DNA of 64,000 bases from Ignavibacteria bacterium (lineage in GTDB: Bacteria; Bacteroidota; Ignavibacteria; Kapaibacteriales; Kapaibacteriaceae): positions 6,424 to 70,423 of the forward strand of contig JABMNI010000021.1 of the NCBI GenBank assembly GCA_013204605.1, read 5' to 3'. Below, one piece after another: positions 32,845 through 41,864 of the stretch. Made by a program: the position numbers and the translations under genes. The notes under the pieces were generated by a model. The model worked only from the letters and a program-made list of their open reading frames with translations, did no database searches and was not told the DNA's origin. How positions within the stretch are numbered: the first letter of the stretch is position 1; each line of letters begins with the position of its first letter.

Positions 32845-33591
32845 ATGAAAATCCTTGTTTGCATCTCTCAAGTTCCAGACACCGCCGCAAAAATTGTGGT
32901 AAGTGATGACGGAAAGTCAATAAATTCAACCGGTGTTAAGTATATCCTCAATCCCTACGATGAGTTTGCGATTGAAGAAGGCTTGCGTTTAAAGACACAG
33001 TTTTCCGGTTCTGTTACCACCGTTAATGTTGGTCCAGATTCAGGCAAAGAAATTCTTAGAACGGCGTTAGCAATGGGTTCCGATGCCGCTACCTTGATAA
33101 AAGATGACAATCGGACAGATTCATACTCAGTTGCATTTAACATTGCAGAATACGCCAAAGAATTGCAACCTGACATATTGTTGTTTGGCAGACAGTCTAT
33201 CGACTTCGACTCTTTGCAGTTGCCTTCAATGGTTGCCGAGCTGCTTGGTATGCCTAATATCTCTATGGTTTCGAGTTTGACTATTACTGATTCCACAGTT
33301 GCCGCCGAGCGTGATGTTGAGAGTGGCAAAGAGATAGTAACAACTACATTGCCGTGCGTAATTTCAGCGCAAAAAGGATTGAACGATCCGCGTTACCCAA
33401 AGCTTCCAGATATTATGAAGGCCAAATCGAAACCAATCGAAGAACGATCGGCCGTTACCACTTCAGCTAGAGTCGAAATTGTAAGTATGGAACAACCTGA
33501 GTCTAAGCGTTTGAACAAAATTCTTGGAGATTCCGACGGAGATATTTCTGAACTGGTAAGACTGCTTCATGAGGAAGCTAAGATTATCTGA
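32845..33591 (+). CDS. etfB: Electron transfer flavoprotein beta subunit
   Basis: VCISQVPDT, NPYDEFAIEE, GRQSID, PRYP. Confidence 0.96.
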   Translation: MKILVCISQVPDTAAKIVVSDDGKSINSTGVKYILNPYDEFAIEEGLRLKTQFSGSVTTVNVGPDSGKEILRTALAMGSDAATLIKDDNRTDSYSVAFNIAEYAKELQPDILLFGRQSIDFDSLQLPSMVAELLGMPNISMVSSLTITDSTVAAERDVESGKEIVTTTLPCVISAQKGLNDPRYPKLPDIMKAKSKPIEERSAVTTSARVEIVSMEQPESKRLNKILGDSDGDISELVRLLHEEAKII

Positions 33592-33642
33592 GCCCCCTTT
33601 CACTTTTAAAATTCATTTTGAAATCCTTTTCGAATTAAACTC

Positions 33643-34602
33643 ATGAACATCTTAGTCTACTTAGAACAAAATCAAAGCGGGCTGCGTCGGTCGTCACTAG
33701 AAGCCCTGACCGCTGCGCGGTTGTTAAATGCAAATAAAGTAGTTGGTTTATTAATCAACGGATCGGCTGAAAACGTGACGAGTGCCGGCCAACACGGTGC
33801 CAATATCGTACTAACAGTTACTAACGATTCTTTAGCAAACTTTCAAAATAGTGTAGTTGCAAATGTTGTTGCACAAGCAGCAAAACATGCTGAATGCACG
33901 AATGTCTTTTTCTCTGCTAACGCCACGGGTAAGGATCTTGCTCCACGCGTTGCTGTTTTGCTAGAGGCCGGTTTGTTGGCTGACTGCGTTAAACTAGAGC
34001 TCGTTTCGGGGACCATCCAAGCCGTGCGTCCGGTGTATGCAGGTAAGGCCAATGCCAAGGTTCGGTGCACCACTCAGAATACTGTAGCAACACTTCGACC
34101 CAATGTTTTCACCGCTCAAAAAGTCGATGGTGGCATAGCTAGTTCGGAATCTTATTCTCCGGAAATTCCAAGTGTTCGCTCAGCCACGGTGAGCAATATT
34201 GTTAGAAACGAAGGTTCGATTGATGTGGCCGAAGCCGACATTGTAGTTTCTGGTGGCAGGGGGCTACGTGGTCCTGAAAATTTTCATTTGATTGAAGAGT
34301 TGGCAAAGAGTCTAGGTGGAGCTGTAGGCGCCTCTCGAGCCGTAGTTGACGCCGGCTGGCGGCCTCACAGAGAGCAGGTTGGGCAAACTGGTAAGACGGT
34401 TTCTCCTAACATGTACGTGGCTTGCGCAATTAGTGGTGCCGTGCAACATTTGGCCGGAATGTCATCGTCAAAAGTAATTGTTGCTATCAACAAGGACAAG
34501 GATGCCCCGATTTTTAAAATAGCCGACTATGGAATTGTTGGTGATGTTTTCGAGGTACTTCCTAAATTGACACTTAAAATTTCGGAAGTTGTAGGTAAAT
34601 AG
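33643..34602 (+). CDS. etfA: Electron transfer flavoprotein alpha subunit
   Basis: [35 protein letters not shown]. Confidence 0.97.
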   Translation: MNILVYLEQNQSGLRRSSLEALTAARLLNANKVVGLLINGSAENVTSAGQHGANIVLTVTNDSLANFQNSVVANVVAQAAKHAECTNVFFSANATGKDLAPRVAVLLEAGLLADCVKLELVSGTIQAVRPVYAGKANAKVRCTTQNTVATLRPNVFTAQKVDGGIASSESYSPEIPSVRSATVSNIVRNEGSIDVAEADIVVSGGRGLRGPENFHLIEELAKSLGGAVGASRAVVDAGWRPHREQVGQTGKTVSPNMYVACAISGAVQHLAGMSSSKVIVAINKDKDAPIFKIADYGIVGDVFEVLPKLTLKISEVVGK

Positions 34603-34617
34603 AATTGTAGAACCCAG

Positions 34618-35259
34618 ATGAATAAAGTGCAAGTAGACATATTCGGACTAACAGTTTCTAGTACAAGCCATGGCGCTTATGCCTTGGTGCTGAAAGAGAT
34701 TGATGGTCGTAGGAGAATGCCCATTATTATTGGTGGACCCGAAGCGCAGTCTATTGCAAACGAGATAGAAGGAATTAGAGCACAGAGGCCAATGACGCAT
34801 GACTTGTTGAAGGCAGTAATCGAAGCGTTAGGTGGTCAGTTAAAAGAAGTCGCGATTCTTCAGTTGAAAGAAGGAACTTTTTATGCAACGCTGATTTTCG
34901 AATACTCAAATTTGGAAGTCGATGCCAGACCAAGCGATGCCATAGCACTTGCACTCAGGTTTGGGGTTCCAATTTATGTGTTAGATGAGATTTTAGAAGA
35001 AGCTTCCGTAAGATTTGACGAAGATGATGATGATGATGATAGCGATTCGGCCGATGGCTCGATTCCCGATGATGATGACGATGATGCCGAATCGACTTCA
35101 TTGCCAATTGTAGATGCTTCTGATGAGCCAAAACAACCACTGTCTCTAGCCGAACGGTTGCAACAAGCCCTTCAGGATGCTATTAAGCAAGAAGACTATG
35201 AGAAGGCTGCAAAACTGCGTGATGAGTTGAAGCAGACCTCGAGTAAAAAGTCAAAATGA
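34618..35259 (+). CDS. Bifunctional nuclease (DUF151) with acidic linker and C-terminal UVR domain
   Basis: PIIIGGPEAQSIA, RPMTHDL, DARPSDAIALA, EDYEKAAKLRDEL. Confidence 0.92.
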   Translation: MNKVQVDIFGLTVSSTSHGAYALVLKEIDGRRRMPIIIGGPEAQSIANEIEGIRAQRPMTHDLLKAVIEALGGQLKEVAILQLKEGTFYATLIFEYSNLEVDARPSDAIALALRFGVPIYVLDEILEEASVRFDEDDDDDDSDSADGSIPDDDDDDAESTSLPIVDASDEPKQPLSLAERLQQALQDAIKQEDYEKAAKLRDELKQTSSKKSK

Positions 35260-35303
35260 CAGAATCAACCAACAATCAAATTTATTAGTTACGTTTTGCT
35301 GCG

Positions 35304-35311
35304 TATCTTTG
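35304..35311 (+). promoter_or_regulatory. -7 promoter element TATCTTTG for the tRNA
   Basis: TAnnTTTG match 10 nt upstream of the tRNA 5' end. Confidence 0.7.
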
Positions 35312-35321
35312 TGGCCGTTTT

Positions 35322-35398
35322 GCCGGAGTAGCTCAGGTGGTTAGAGCAATGGAATCATAATCCATGTGTCGGGGGTTCAAGTCCCTCCTCCGGTACCA
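35322..35398 (+). tRNA. tRNA-Met (CAT), probably elongator
   Basis: Cloverleaf: acceptor GCCGGAG/CTCCGGT, D-arm TAGCTCAGGTGGTTAGAGC, anticodon arm ATGGA-ATCATAA-TCCAT, TTCAAGT T-loop, encoded CCA. Lacks the initiator C1:A72 and 3xG-C features. Confidence 0.93.
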
Positions 35399-35401
35399 AT
35401 T

Positions 35402-35427
35402 AAGTCAGGAATTTCCTGGCTTTTTTT
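35402..35427 (+). terminator. Rho-independent terminator after tRNA-Met
   Basis: AAGTCAGGA-loop-TCCTGGCTT stem followed by a T run. Confidence 0.8.
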
Positions 35428-35446
35428 GTATCTACTCCCAGGCACC

Positions 35447-37237
35447 TCATTTGTACATAGCCTCAATCTGGACTGAATATCGCTCCAGTACTGCCTTTCT
35501 GCGAACCTTCAACGTTGGCGTAAGCATGTCATTCTCCACTGTGAACGGTTCCGACAGTAACACAAAACGTCGCACCCGCTCATACTTTGCCAGTTCTCGT
35601 TGCAACTGCATCAAATCTAGTTCGACGGCTTTTCGTAATTCGTCCGAGCGAACAGCCAGTGCCAGCGAAGGAGCAGAAAGCCCCTTACCAGAATACCAAT
35701 CTTTCACGGCATCGGCGTTCACAACTAGGAGTGCAGTGCAAAACTCCCGTCTATCCCCTATTAGCACAGCTTGGTCAACCAGTTGGCTCTTGGTGAGTAC
35801 CGATTCTATTGGCAAGGGGGCTATGTTTTTCCCGCCCGAGGATATTAGTAGGTGCTTTTTACGATCGGTGATTTTGAGTCGACCTCGGTCGTCAAACTCG
35901 CCAATATCACCGGTTAACAACCAGCCATCGGTTGTAACTGCCTCTCTGGTGGAGGCCTCGTCCTTCCAGTAGCCCATCATAATGTTCGGACCGCGTGCAA
36001 GGATTTCTCCATCGTCGGCGATCTTTAACTCTACATTCGAAATGGGTTGGCCAACGGTTCCCAGCTTTTCGTCTCCAATTCGATTTACACACAACACCGG
36101 CGACGATTCCGTTAAGCCATAACCTTCAAGAATTGTTATGCCGATTATCTTAAAAAACTCCCCTACAGAGACATTAAGTGCGGCACCACCCGATGCAAAA
36201 AATCTGAGTCTTCCACCGGTGCGAGCTCTAATTTTCGAAAACACCAATGAATCAGCCAGCTTGTACTGAAAACTTGCCAGCATACCATGTTTTCCATTCA
36301 CATAGTTACGGCCAACGTTAAAAGCCCAGTTGAAAACTTTTTGTTTTAGAATACTTTCTTTCTTTGCGGCCGATAAAACGCGCATCTGAATTCTTTCAAA
36401 AAGTCTCGGCACCGAGGTCATAACTGTTGGTCTTATCTCACGCATATTCTCGGCTACAGTTTCAATAGATTCGGCTATGAAGGTCGAGGCACCTCTACAA
36501 AACGCTAGATAATATCCACCCATTCTTTCGTACGAGTGACACGTGGGGAGGTAGGAGAGGAACACATCGGTATCATCGACGGCCAGAATTTCCATAACTC
36601 CACTGATGTTTGCCGTGATATTGCTGTGGGAAAGCATCACGCCTTTTGGATTTCCCGTGGTTCCGCTCGTGTAGATTATCGTTAACAGATCATCAGCGTT
36701 CACATGGTTTGCCATTGTTTCAAACTTTTCCGATCTCACTATAGGAGAATAGGAATTTTTACCAGCTTGAATTACACTTTCGAAAGTCATAATGTTGCTG
36801 TTCAATTCAGAATCTGAATTCATCATGATAATTGTCTTGAGGCTTGGAATTTCATCCCAAACCGAAAGCAATTTTTCTAACTGATTCTTGTTAGATACGA
36901 TCACACATGTTGCCTGACAGTTGTTAAATATGTAGGCTTCTTGTTTGTTAGTCAGCGTAGGAAATATTGGAACATCTACTGCACCCATGGCCGTGATGGC
37001 GAAGTCTGCAATCACCCATTCCAATCTATTCTCACTTACAATACCAACGCGGTCACCAGGCACTATTCCATACTTCAACAACCCAAACGCAAAGCACTCC
37101 ACCTGCTCGCGCAGTTCATCATGAGAAGTGTTTACCCAAGTGCCATTGAGCTTTTTCGAAAAAGCTACTTTGGATTTCTTGCCTTTGAATCTGTCACAAA
37201 CGCTGAGAAACATTTTGGGAATAGTGTTTGGCATCAT
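35447..37237 (-). CDS. Long-chain fatty acid--CoA ligase (AMP-dependent synthetase)
   Basis: YTSGTTGNPKG, EGYGLTE, TGDIG, GGKNIAP, LTPTLK. Confidence 0.92.
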   Translation of the reverse strand: MMPNTIPKMFLSVCDRFKGKKSKVAFSKKLNGTWVNTSHDELREQVECFAFGLLKYGIVPGDRVGIVSENRLEWVIADFAITAMGAVDVPIFPTLTNKQEAYIFNNCQATCVIVSNKNQLEKLLSVWDEIPSLKTIIMMNSDSELNSNIMTFESVIQAGKNSYSPIVRSEKFETMANHVNADDLLTIIYTSGTTGNPKGVMLSHSNITANISGVMEILAVDDTDVFLSYLPTCHSYERMGGYYLAFCRGASTFIAESIETVAENMREIRPTVMTSVPRLFERIQMRVLSAAKKESILKQKVFNWAFNVGRNYVNGKHGMLASFQYKLADSLVFSKIRARTGGRLRFFASGGAALNVSVGEFFKIIGITILEGYGLTESSPVLCVNRIGDEKLGTVGQPISNVELKIADDGEILARGPNIMMGYWKDEASTREAVTTDGWLLTGDIGEFDDRGRLKITDRKKHLLISSGGKNIAPLPIESVLTKSQLVDQAVLIGDRREFCTALLVVNADAVKDWYSGKGLSAPSLALAVRSDELRKAVELDLMQLQRELAKYERVRRFVLLSEPFTVENDMLTPTLKVRRKAVLERYSVQIEAMYK

Positions 37238-37283
37238 AACTCACTCCAAGTGTGCGATTCAACAATATGCCAAAACTATGGCG

Positions 37284-39227
37284 TTAGTCAAAGAAAGACC
37301 ACGTAACTGATAATCTGAGATCTCTAACTATCTCGGGGTTAATCGCCGTTGAATACCAACGCTGAGCAAGGATATTTTCATACGAAATCTTCACACTTGC
37401 ATTTCCTAGCACTGCTAACAAAAACACATCCATTCCGCTGCTCGCCCAATTTTGCTGCTGTACAGGTTGAATGAACGTCCATGTTAAAGGTACATATTGG
37501 GACGAATTCATAGGCGAAACTAGAACGCCGCGAACCCCCAATTTAATTTCACTTGTACCTACCCTATACACATAGGCGGCATATGCATCTGTATACAACA
37601 ATGGGAATATTTTATCATCCAAATTCTGCGTTCTTGAATATGAAAAGCGAGCGTTCGCCTTAATCTCGAGAAAACTGTTTTGCCAAAGTCCTGAAACATT
37701 GACCCCTGAAACAAATGCCGCACCGCCATTTGAAGTGGTTGTTGCGGTAATCAATTGCAATGAATCTCGGTTAGATTGAGTCGATAAAACATTTTGTATG
37801 CTTCGCACAAATATCGATCCTTCAAACTTTACGTCCGATGTTTTTGCGTTCACCGTAATCGATCCCAACAAATGATCCTCAGGCAAAAGTTGAATACCCT
37901 GCGTAGCCTGTGGTGCATATTGGGCGTAACTAAAGTCGAAAATTACATTTGACTTCGGGGTCCAAGCGTACGTACCGTTTATACCACCTCCAAACAACAA
38001 TCTGTCCCAGTTCATTTGAACTCTTCCCGCGGCAGACAAAACAAAATCGGAAATTCCTTTATACCCAAAATGGAAAAAAGTCTGCGGTTGACAATTGGTT
38101 TGCGCTGATGTATACGGCGTTTCGTTAACGGTACTGTAGTCAAGTCCTCCGCCTAATTTCAAGTTGAAGTTAGAGTTATTCAACTCATAACGGACCAACA
38201 CTCCACCGTGAATACCCCTAAACGTAACATCATTGCCAGTATCGACAAAGCCTATTCTAATTGTACTATCTCGAATGCGAAGCATATTGTCGATGCTTCC
38301 ATACGCCAGCATAGATAATACTTTCGACGAATCAGGATTTAAGAGGTGAATGAGATTCAACGTTAAATCATGTCTACGAGATTGGTCTTGCAATTTTAGA
38401 AAAACTGGCTGCGCCAGGCTCTCTGATTGAGTTTCTAGCGGCGTAACGGTGCGCAGTCCGCCCCACATGCCCGAGTTAGCCGACGTAAGTTGATATGTCA
38501 ACAAACCCTGAGTTTGTGCCGTAAATGCAACTCTCACAGCCGATCTGATATTCCAAATATCGAAGTGAGTGTTGAGATATCGTCCGTTTGCACCAGTACG
38601 CCTTATCCCCACCGATACGTTGGTCTTCTTTGAAATGTTTTGCGCCAACGCAACATCAGCTGCAATGAAATCACCGCCGCCTTGCGCGTACCAAAAAGCC
38701 GTGTACGGAGTGGCGGTGTTAAATCGCATTGACTGCAGATTTATCGACTGTTGTGTAAGTGTAGATGCCAAACCTATTGCGTGCGTGCCCGTAAGCAGCT
38801 GCGTTGTCTCCAATCCATCTACTGCTACGTGTTCCAAATTGTACTGTCCGTTCCATGGATCGAACACCGATCTTCCATCCATGCTAACGGATTGATTCGC
38901 AACGTTACTCCCGAATATCGAGACCGCGTTGTATTGTCCGAATCCACCTTGCGACATAGGGAGGAACGGTGAGTGCCTAATCATTGCATCCGGCAGCGAC
39001 CTGTACTGAACACCCCGCCTGTCTTTTTTGGTGAGCTCGTAGGATATCGGAATTTCGGAAAAGCCCGTTCGTCCCAACGACCAAAACGGCACGATAAGCG
39101 AGTCTGTAAGGGGCTTACTATGCTTGGGGTCAGCTCCAATTTGCCCCTTCACATTCACTGAAAAGCAGAGCATAAAAAAACAGGCAGATACTATTGTACC
39201 TGCCTGTATGGATTTGAAAATATTCAT
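37284..39227 (-). CDS. Outer membrane beta-barrel protein (putative porin family, plug-like N-terminus)
   Basis: Signal peptide from ATG at 39227, alternating beta-strand pattern, C-terminal LSVTWSFFD. Confidence 0.65.
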   Translation of the reverse strand: MNIFKSIQAGTIVSACFFMLCFSVNVKGQIGADPKHSKPLTDSLIVPFWSLGRTGFSEIPISYELTKKDRRGVQYRSLPDAMIRHSPFLPMSQGGFGQYNAVSIFGSNVANQSVSMDGRSVFDPWNGQYNLEHVAVDGLETTQLLTGTHAIGLASTLTQQSINLQSMRFNTATPYTAFWYAQGGGDFIAADVALAQNISKKTNVSVGIRRTGANGRYLNTHFDIWNIRSAVRVAFTAQTQGLLTYQLTSANSGMWGGLRTVTPLETQSESLAQPVFLKLQDQSRRHDLTLNLIHLLNPDSSKVLSMLAYGSIDNMLRIRDSTIRIGFVDTGNDVTFRGIHGGVLVRYELNNSNFNLKLGGGLDYSTVNETPYTSAQTNCQPQTFFHFGYKGISDFVLSAAGRVQMNWDRLLFGGGINGTYAWTPKSNVIFDFSYAQYAPQATQGIQLLPEDHLLGSITVNAKTSDVKFEGSIFVRSIQNVLSTQSNRDSLQLITATTTSNGGAAFVSGVNVSGLWQNSFLEIKANARFSYSRTQNLDDKIFPLLYTDAYAAYVYRVGTSEIKLGVRGVLVSPMNSSQYVPLTWTFIQPVQQQNWASSGMDVFLLAVLGNASVKISYENILAQRWYSTAINPEIVRDLRLSVTWSFFD

Positions 39228-39246
39228 CGTGGAGACTTTAGAAATC

Positions 39247-41766
39247 TTACGATTCAGTCGGTGGATTCTCAGGAGATTCCGCCGTTGGATTCTCAGGAGA
39301 TTCCGGTCCGGTTTCACCGTCTACAATCTCTTCATCTTCATCTCTTGTTACAGTTGTAATATCGGCAATCTGGTCGCCCTCTTCCAGTCTGATTAGACGA
39401 ACACCTTGAGTGTTTCTGCCCAGCACTCGGATATCTTTCACTTGCTGACGGATTAGAATACCATTGGTGGTAATCACAATCAAGTCATTCAAGTCACTTA
39501 CTTCCAAGATTGCGCAAATGTTACCCGTTTTCTCGGTGGTGTTCATTGCAATAACACCCTTGGCACCACGCTTGGTCATACGGAAGTCTTCAACTACCGT
39601 GCGCTTCCCATAGCCCCTTTCACCAACAACAATCACCTGCGCATCAGCGTGGCGGACTGCAGTAAGCGAAATAACTTCATGACCTTTTAGCAACGAGATT
39701 CCACGAACACCGGCGGCAGTTCTACCCATGCTTCGAACGTCTGTTTCATGGAAACGGACGGCAATTCCGTTGCTCGCGCCGATCAAAATGTTGTAGTTAC
39801 CATCGGTCAACCTTGCAGCAATCAATCTGTCATCATCTTTCAAGCCAAGAGCGATGATTCCATTTGCACGCACATTCGCAAAATCTCGAACGGCGGTTTT
39901 CTTGACCGTACCCAATTTAGTGGCCATGAAAATGTACGAGTCATCAACATCAAAATCTGTAACAGCTAAATATGCCGTTACTTTTTCATCAGCTTGCTTT
40001 TGGATAACGTTGGCTAGTGAACGGCCCTTGGCGTTTCGTGAGCCCTCTGGGATATCGTACACTTTAACCCTGTACACTCTACCGAGATCCGTAAAGAACA
40101 ACAAGTAGTGGTGGGTTGAGGCTCTGAACACGGTTTCTACATAATCATCATCATACGTTCCAGCTCCACTAACACCACGCCCGCCTTTATGCTGACGGCG
40201 ATACGTAGTAACAGGGGTGCGTTTGATGTACCCATTGTGTGAAATCGTGACAATTACTTCTTCGTTGGCAATCATGTCTTCAAGAGTGAAGTCACGTGCA
40301 TCATGCACTACTTGCGTGCGACGCTCATCGCCATACTTTTCAACAAGGGTTCTAAGTTCTTCCAGAATAATTTGCATTTGCAATTCTGGCGAAGCCAAGA
40401 TTCCACGAAGTCGTTCGATTGTTTCAATCAGTTCACGGTATTCAGCTTGAATTTTCTCGCGCTCAAGTCCGGTAAGACGTTGCAAACGCATGTCAAGAAT
40501 TGCTTTGGCTTGAATTTCGCTCAAACCAAACTGCTTTTGCAATCTTTCGGAAGCTGTGGCTGCGTCTTTAGAAGCTCGGATTGTCTTGATAACTTCTTCA
40601 ATGTTATCTAGCGCAATTATGAAACCTTCTAAAATGTGGGCACGCTTTTCAGCGGCATCTAGTTCAAATTTTGTCCGACGGATAATTACGTTATTGCGGT
40701 GCTTTACGAATTCCTCGATCATCTCTTTAAGAGTCAAGATTCGAGGGCGTCCGTTAACCAACGAAAGCAAAATGCAACCGAAGGTCACCTGCATTTGAGT
40801 GTGCTTATACAGATTATTTAACACAACCATAGGAATTGCATCACGCTTCAATTCGATTACGATGCGCATTCCATCGCGGTCTGACTCATCGCGAATGTCA
40901 GAAATATCTTCTAGACTTTTCGCTTTAACAAGGTCGGCAATCTTCTCAATCAGATTTGCCTTACCAACCTGGTATGGCAATTCAGTAATTACAATGCTCT
41001 CACGGTTCAGCTTATTCGTCTCAATTGAAGCCTTAGCACGAACCTGAATCTTGCCCCGACCGGCAGTGTAAGCGCTTCTAACACCTTCGTACCCGTAAAT
41101 AATTCCACCAGTAGGAAAATCTGGTGCAGTTACATACTGTAGCAACTCTTCATTTGTGATATCTGGCTGACGTATCACGGCCTCAATACCGGCACCAATT
41201 TCACGCAGGTTATTCGGCGGAATATTTGTTGCCATTCCAACCGCAATTCCATTTGCACCATTCACCAGCAAGGCTGGCAAAACCGTAGGCAGAACAGTAG
41301 GCTCTTGCAGTGAATCGTCGAAGTTCGATTTGAAATCGACCGTGTTTTTATCAATGTCACGCAAAACTTCAGTTGCTAGCCAAGACATCCTAGTCTCGGT
41401 GTAACGCATCGCCGCGGGAGAATCACCATCGATCGATCCGAAGTTTCCCTGGCCATCTACCAAGGGGTAACGCATAGACCAGGGTTGGGCAAGCCTAACC
41501 ATGGCGTCGTATACAGCGCTATCGCCGTGCGGGTGAAACTTTCCTAGAACTTCACCAACAATACGAGCACTCTTTTTGTACGGACGATTGGGCGACATCC
41601 CAAGCTCGTACATAGCGTAGAGTATACGGCGGTGTACGGGTTTCAGACCATCGCGAACATCCGGCAGAGCGCGTGAAACAATAACTGACATGGAATAATC
41701 GAGATACGAATCGCGCATCTCGTCTTCCATCATGACGGGTAAAATCTTTTCGTTTAACAGAGCTAT
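39247..41766 (-). CDS. gyrA: DNA gyrase subunit A (start probably non-AUG, 41766 ATA or 41760 CTG)
   Basis: [33 protein letters not shown], GyrA-box QHKGGRG, beta-pinwheel CTD. Confidence 0.97.
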   Translation of the reverse strand: MALLNEKILPVMMEDEMRDSYLDYSMSVIVSRALPDVRDGLKPVHRRILYAMYELGMSPNRPYKKSARIVGEVLGKFHPHGDSAVYDAMVRLAQPWSMRYPLVDGQGNFGSIDGDSPAAMRYTETRMSWLATEVLRDIDKNTVDFKSNFDDSLQEPTVLPTVLPALLVNGANGIAVGMATNIPPNNLREIGAGIEAVIRQPDITNEELLQYVTAPDFPTGGIIYGYEGVRSAYTAGRGKIQVRAKASIETNKLNRESIVITELPYQVGKANLIEKIADLVKAKSLEDISDIRDESDRDGMRIVIELKRDAIPMVVLNNLYKHTQMQVTFGCILLSLVNGRPRILTLKEMIEEFVKHRNNVIIRRTKFELDAAEKRAHILEGFIIALDNIEEVIKTIRASKDAATASERLQKQFGLSEIQAKAILDMRLQRLTGLEREKIQAEYRELIETIERLRGILASPELQMQIILEELRTLVEKYGDERRTQVVHDARDFTLEDMIANEEVIVTISHNGYIKRTPVTTYRRQHKGGRGVSGAGTYDDDYVETVFRASTHHYLLFFTDLGRVYRVKVYDIPEGSRNAKGRSLANVIQKQADEKVTAYLAVTDFDVDDSYIFMATKLGTVKKTAVRDFANVRANGIIALGLKDDDRLIAARLTDGNYNILIGASNGIAVRFHETDVRSMGRTAAGVRGISLLKGHEVISLTAVRHADAQVIVVGERGYGKRTVVEDFRMTKRGAKGVIAMNTTEKTGNICAILEVSDLNDLIVITTNGILIRQQVKDIRVLGRNTQGVRLIRLEEGDQIADITTVTRDEDEEIVDGETGPESPENPTAESPENPPTES
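39262..39305. repeat. 24-bp-period tandem repeat encoding ESPENPxx twice in the GyrA tail
   Basis: TGGATTCTCAGGAGATTCCG at 39262 and 39286. Confidence 0.85.
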
Positions 41767-41829
41767 TTCCCTAACTAGGTGAGCTTCAGTGGATGGCGCT
41801 ATGTTGAAATTGAGCGCTCATTGAAGCTT

Positions 41830-41837
41830 CAAAAATA
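41830..41837 (-). promoter_or_regulatory. -7 promoter element TATTTTTG for gyrA
   Basis: TAnnTTTG match in the intergenic region. Confidence 0.6.
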
Positions 41838-41864
41838 CGGAAAAAAATCGACACTTTTAAGGGT

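Noticed and set aside
35018..35086. GAT microsatellite-like runs
   Set aside because: In-frame poly-Asp linker of the DUF151 protein; no frameshift potential
35322..35446. tRNA-Met as an integration site for a prophage or island
   Set aside because: No integrase, no duplicated tRNA 3' end seen, housekeeping genes on both sides
35364..35972. 202-aa plus-strand ORF
   Set aside because: Starts inside the tRNA and is antisense to the acyl-CoA ligase
39228..39317. Repeated N-terminal extension (RNLLRI x2) of the beta-barrel ORF
   Set aside because: Alternate-frame reading of the gyrA 24-bp repeat; the signal peptide starts at ATG 39227
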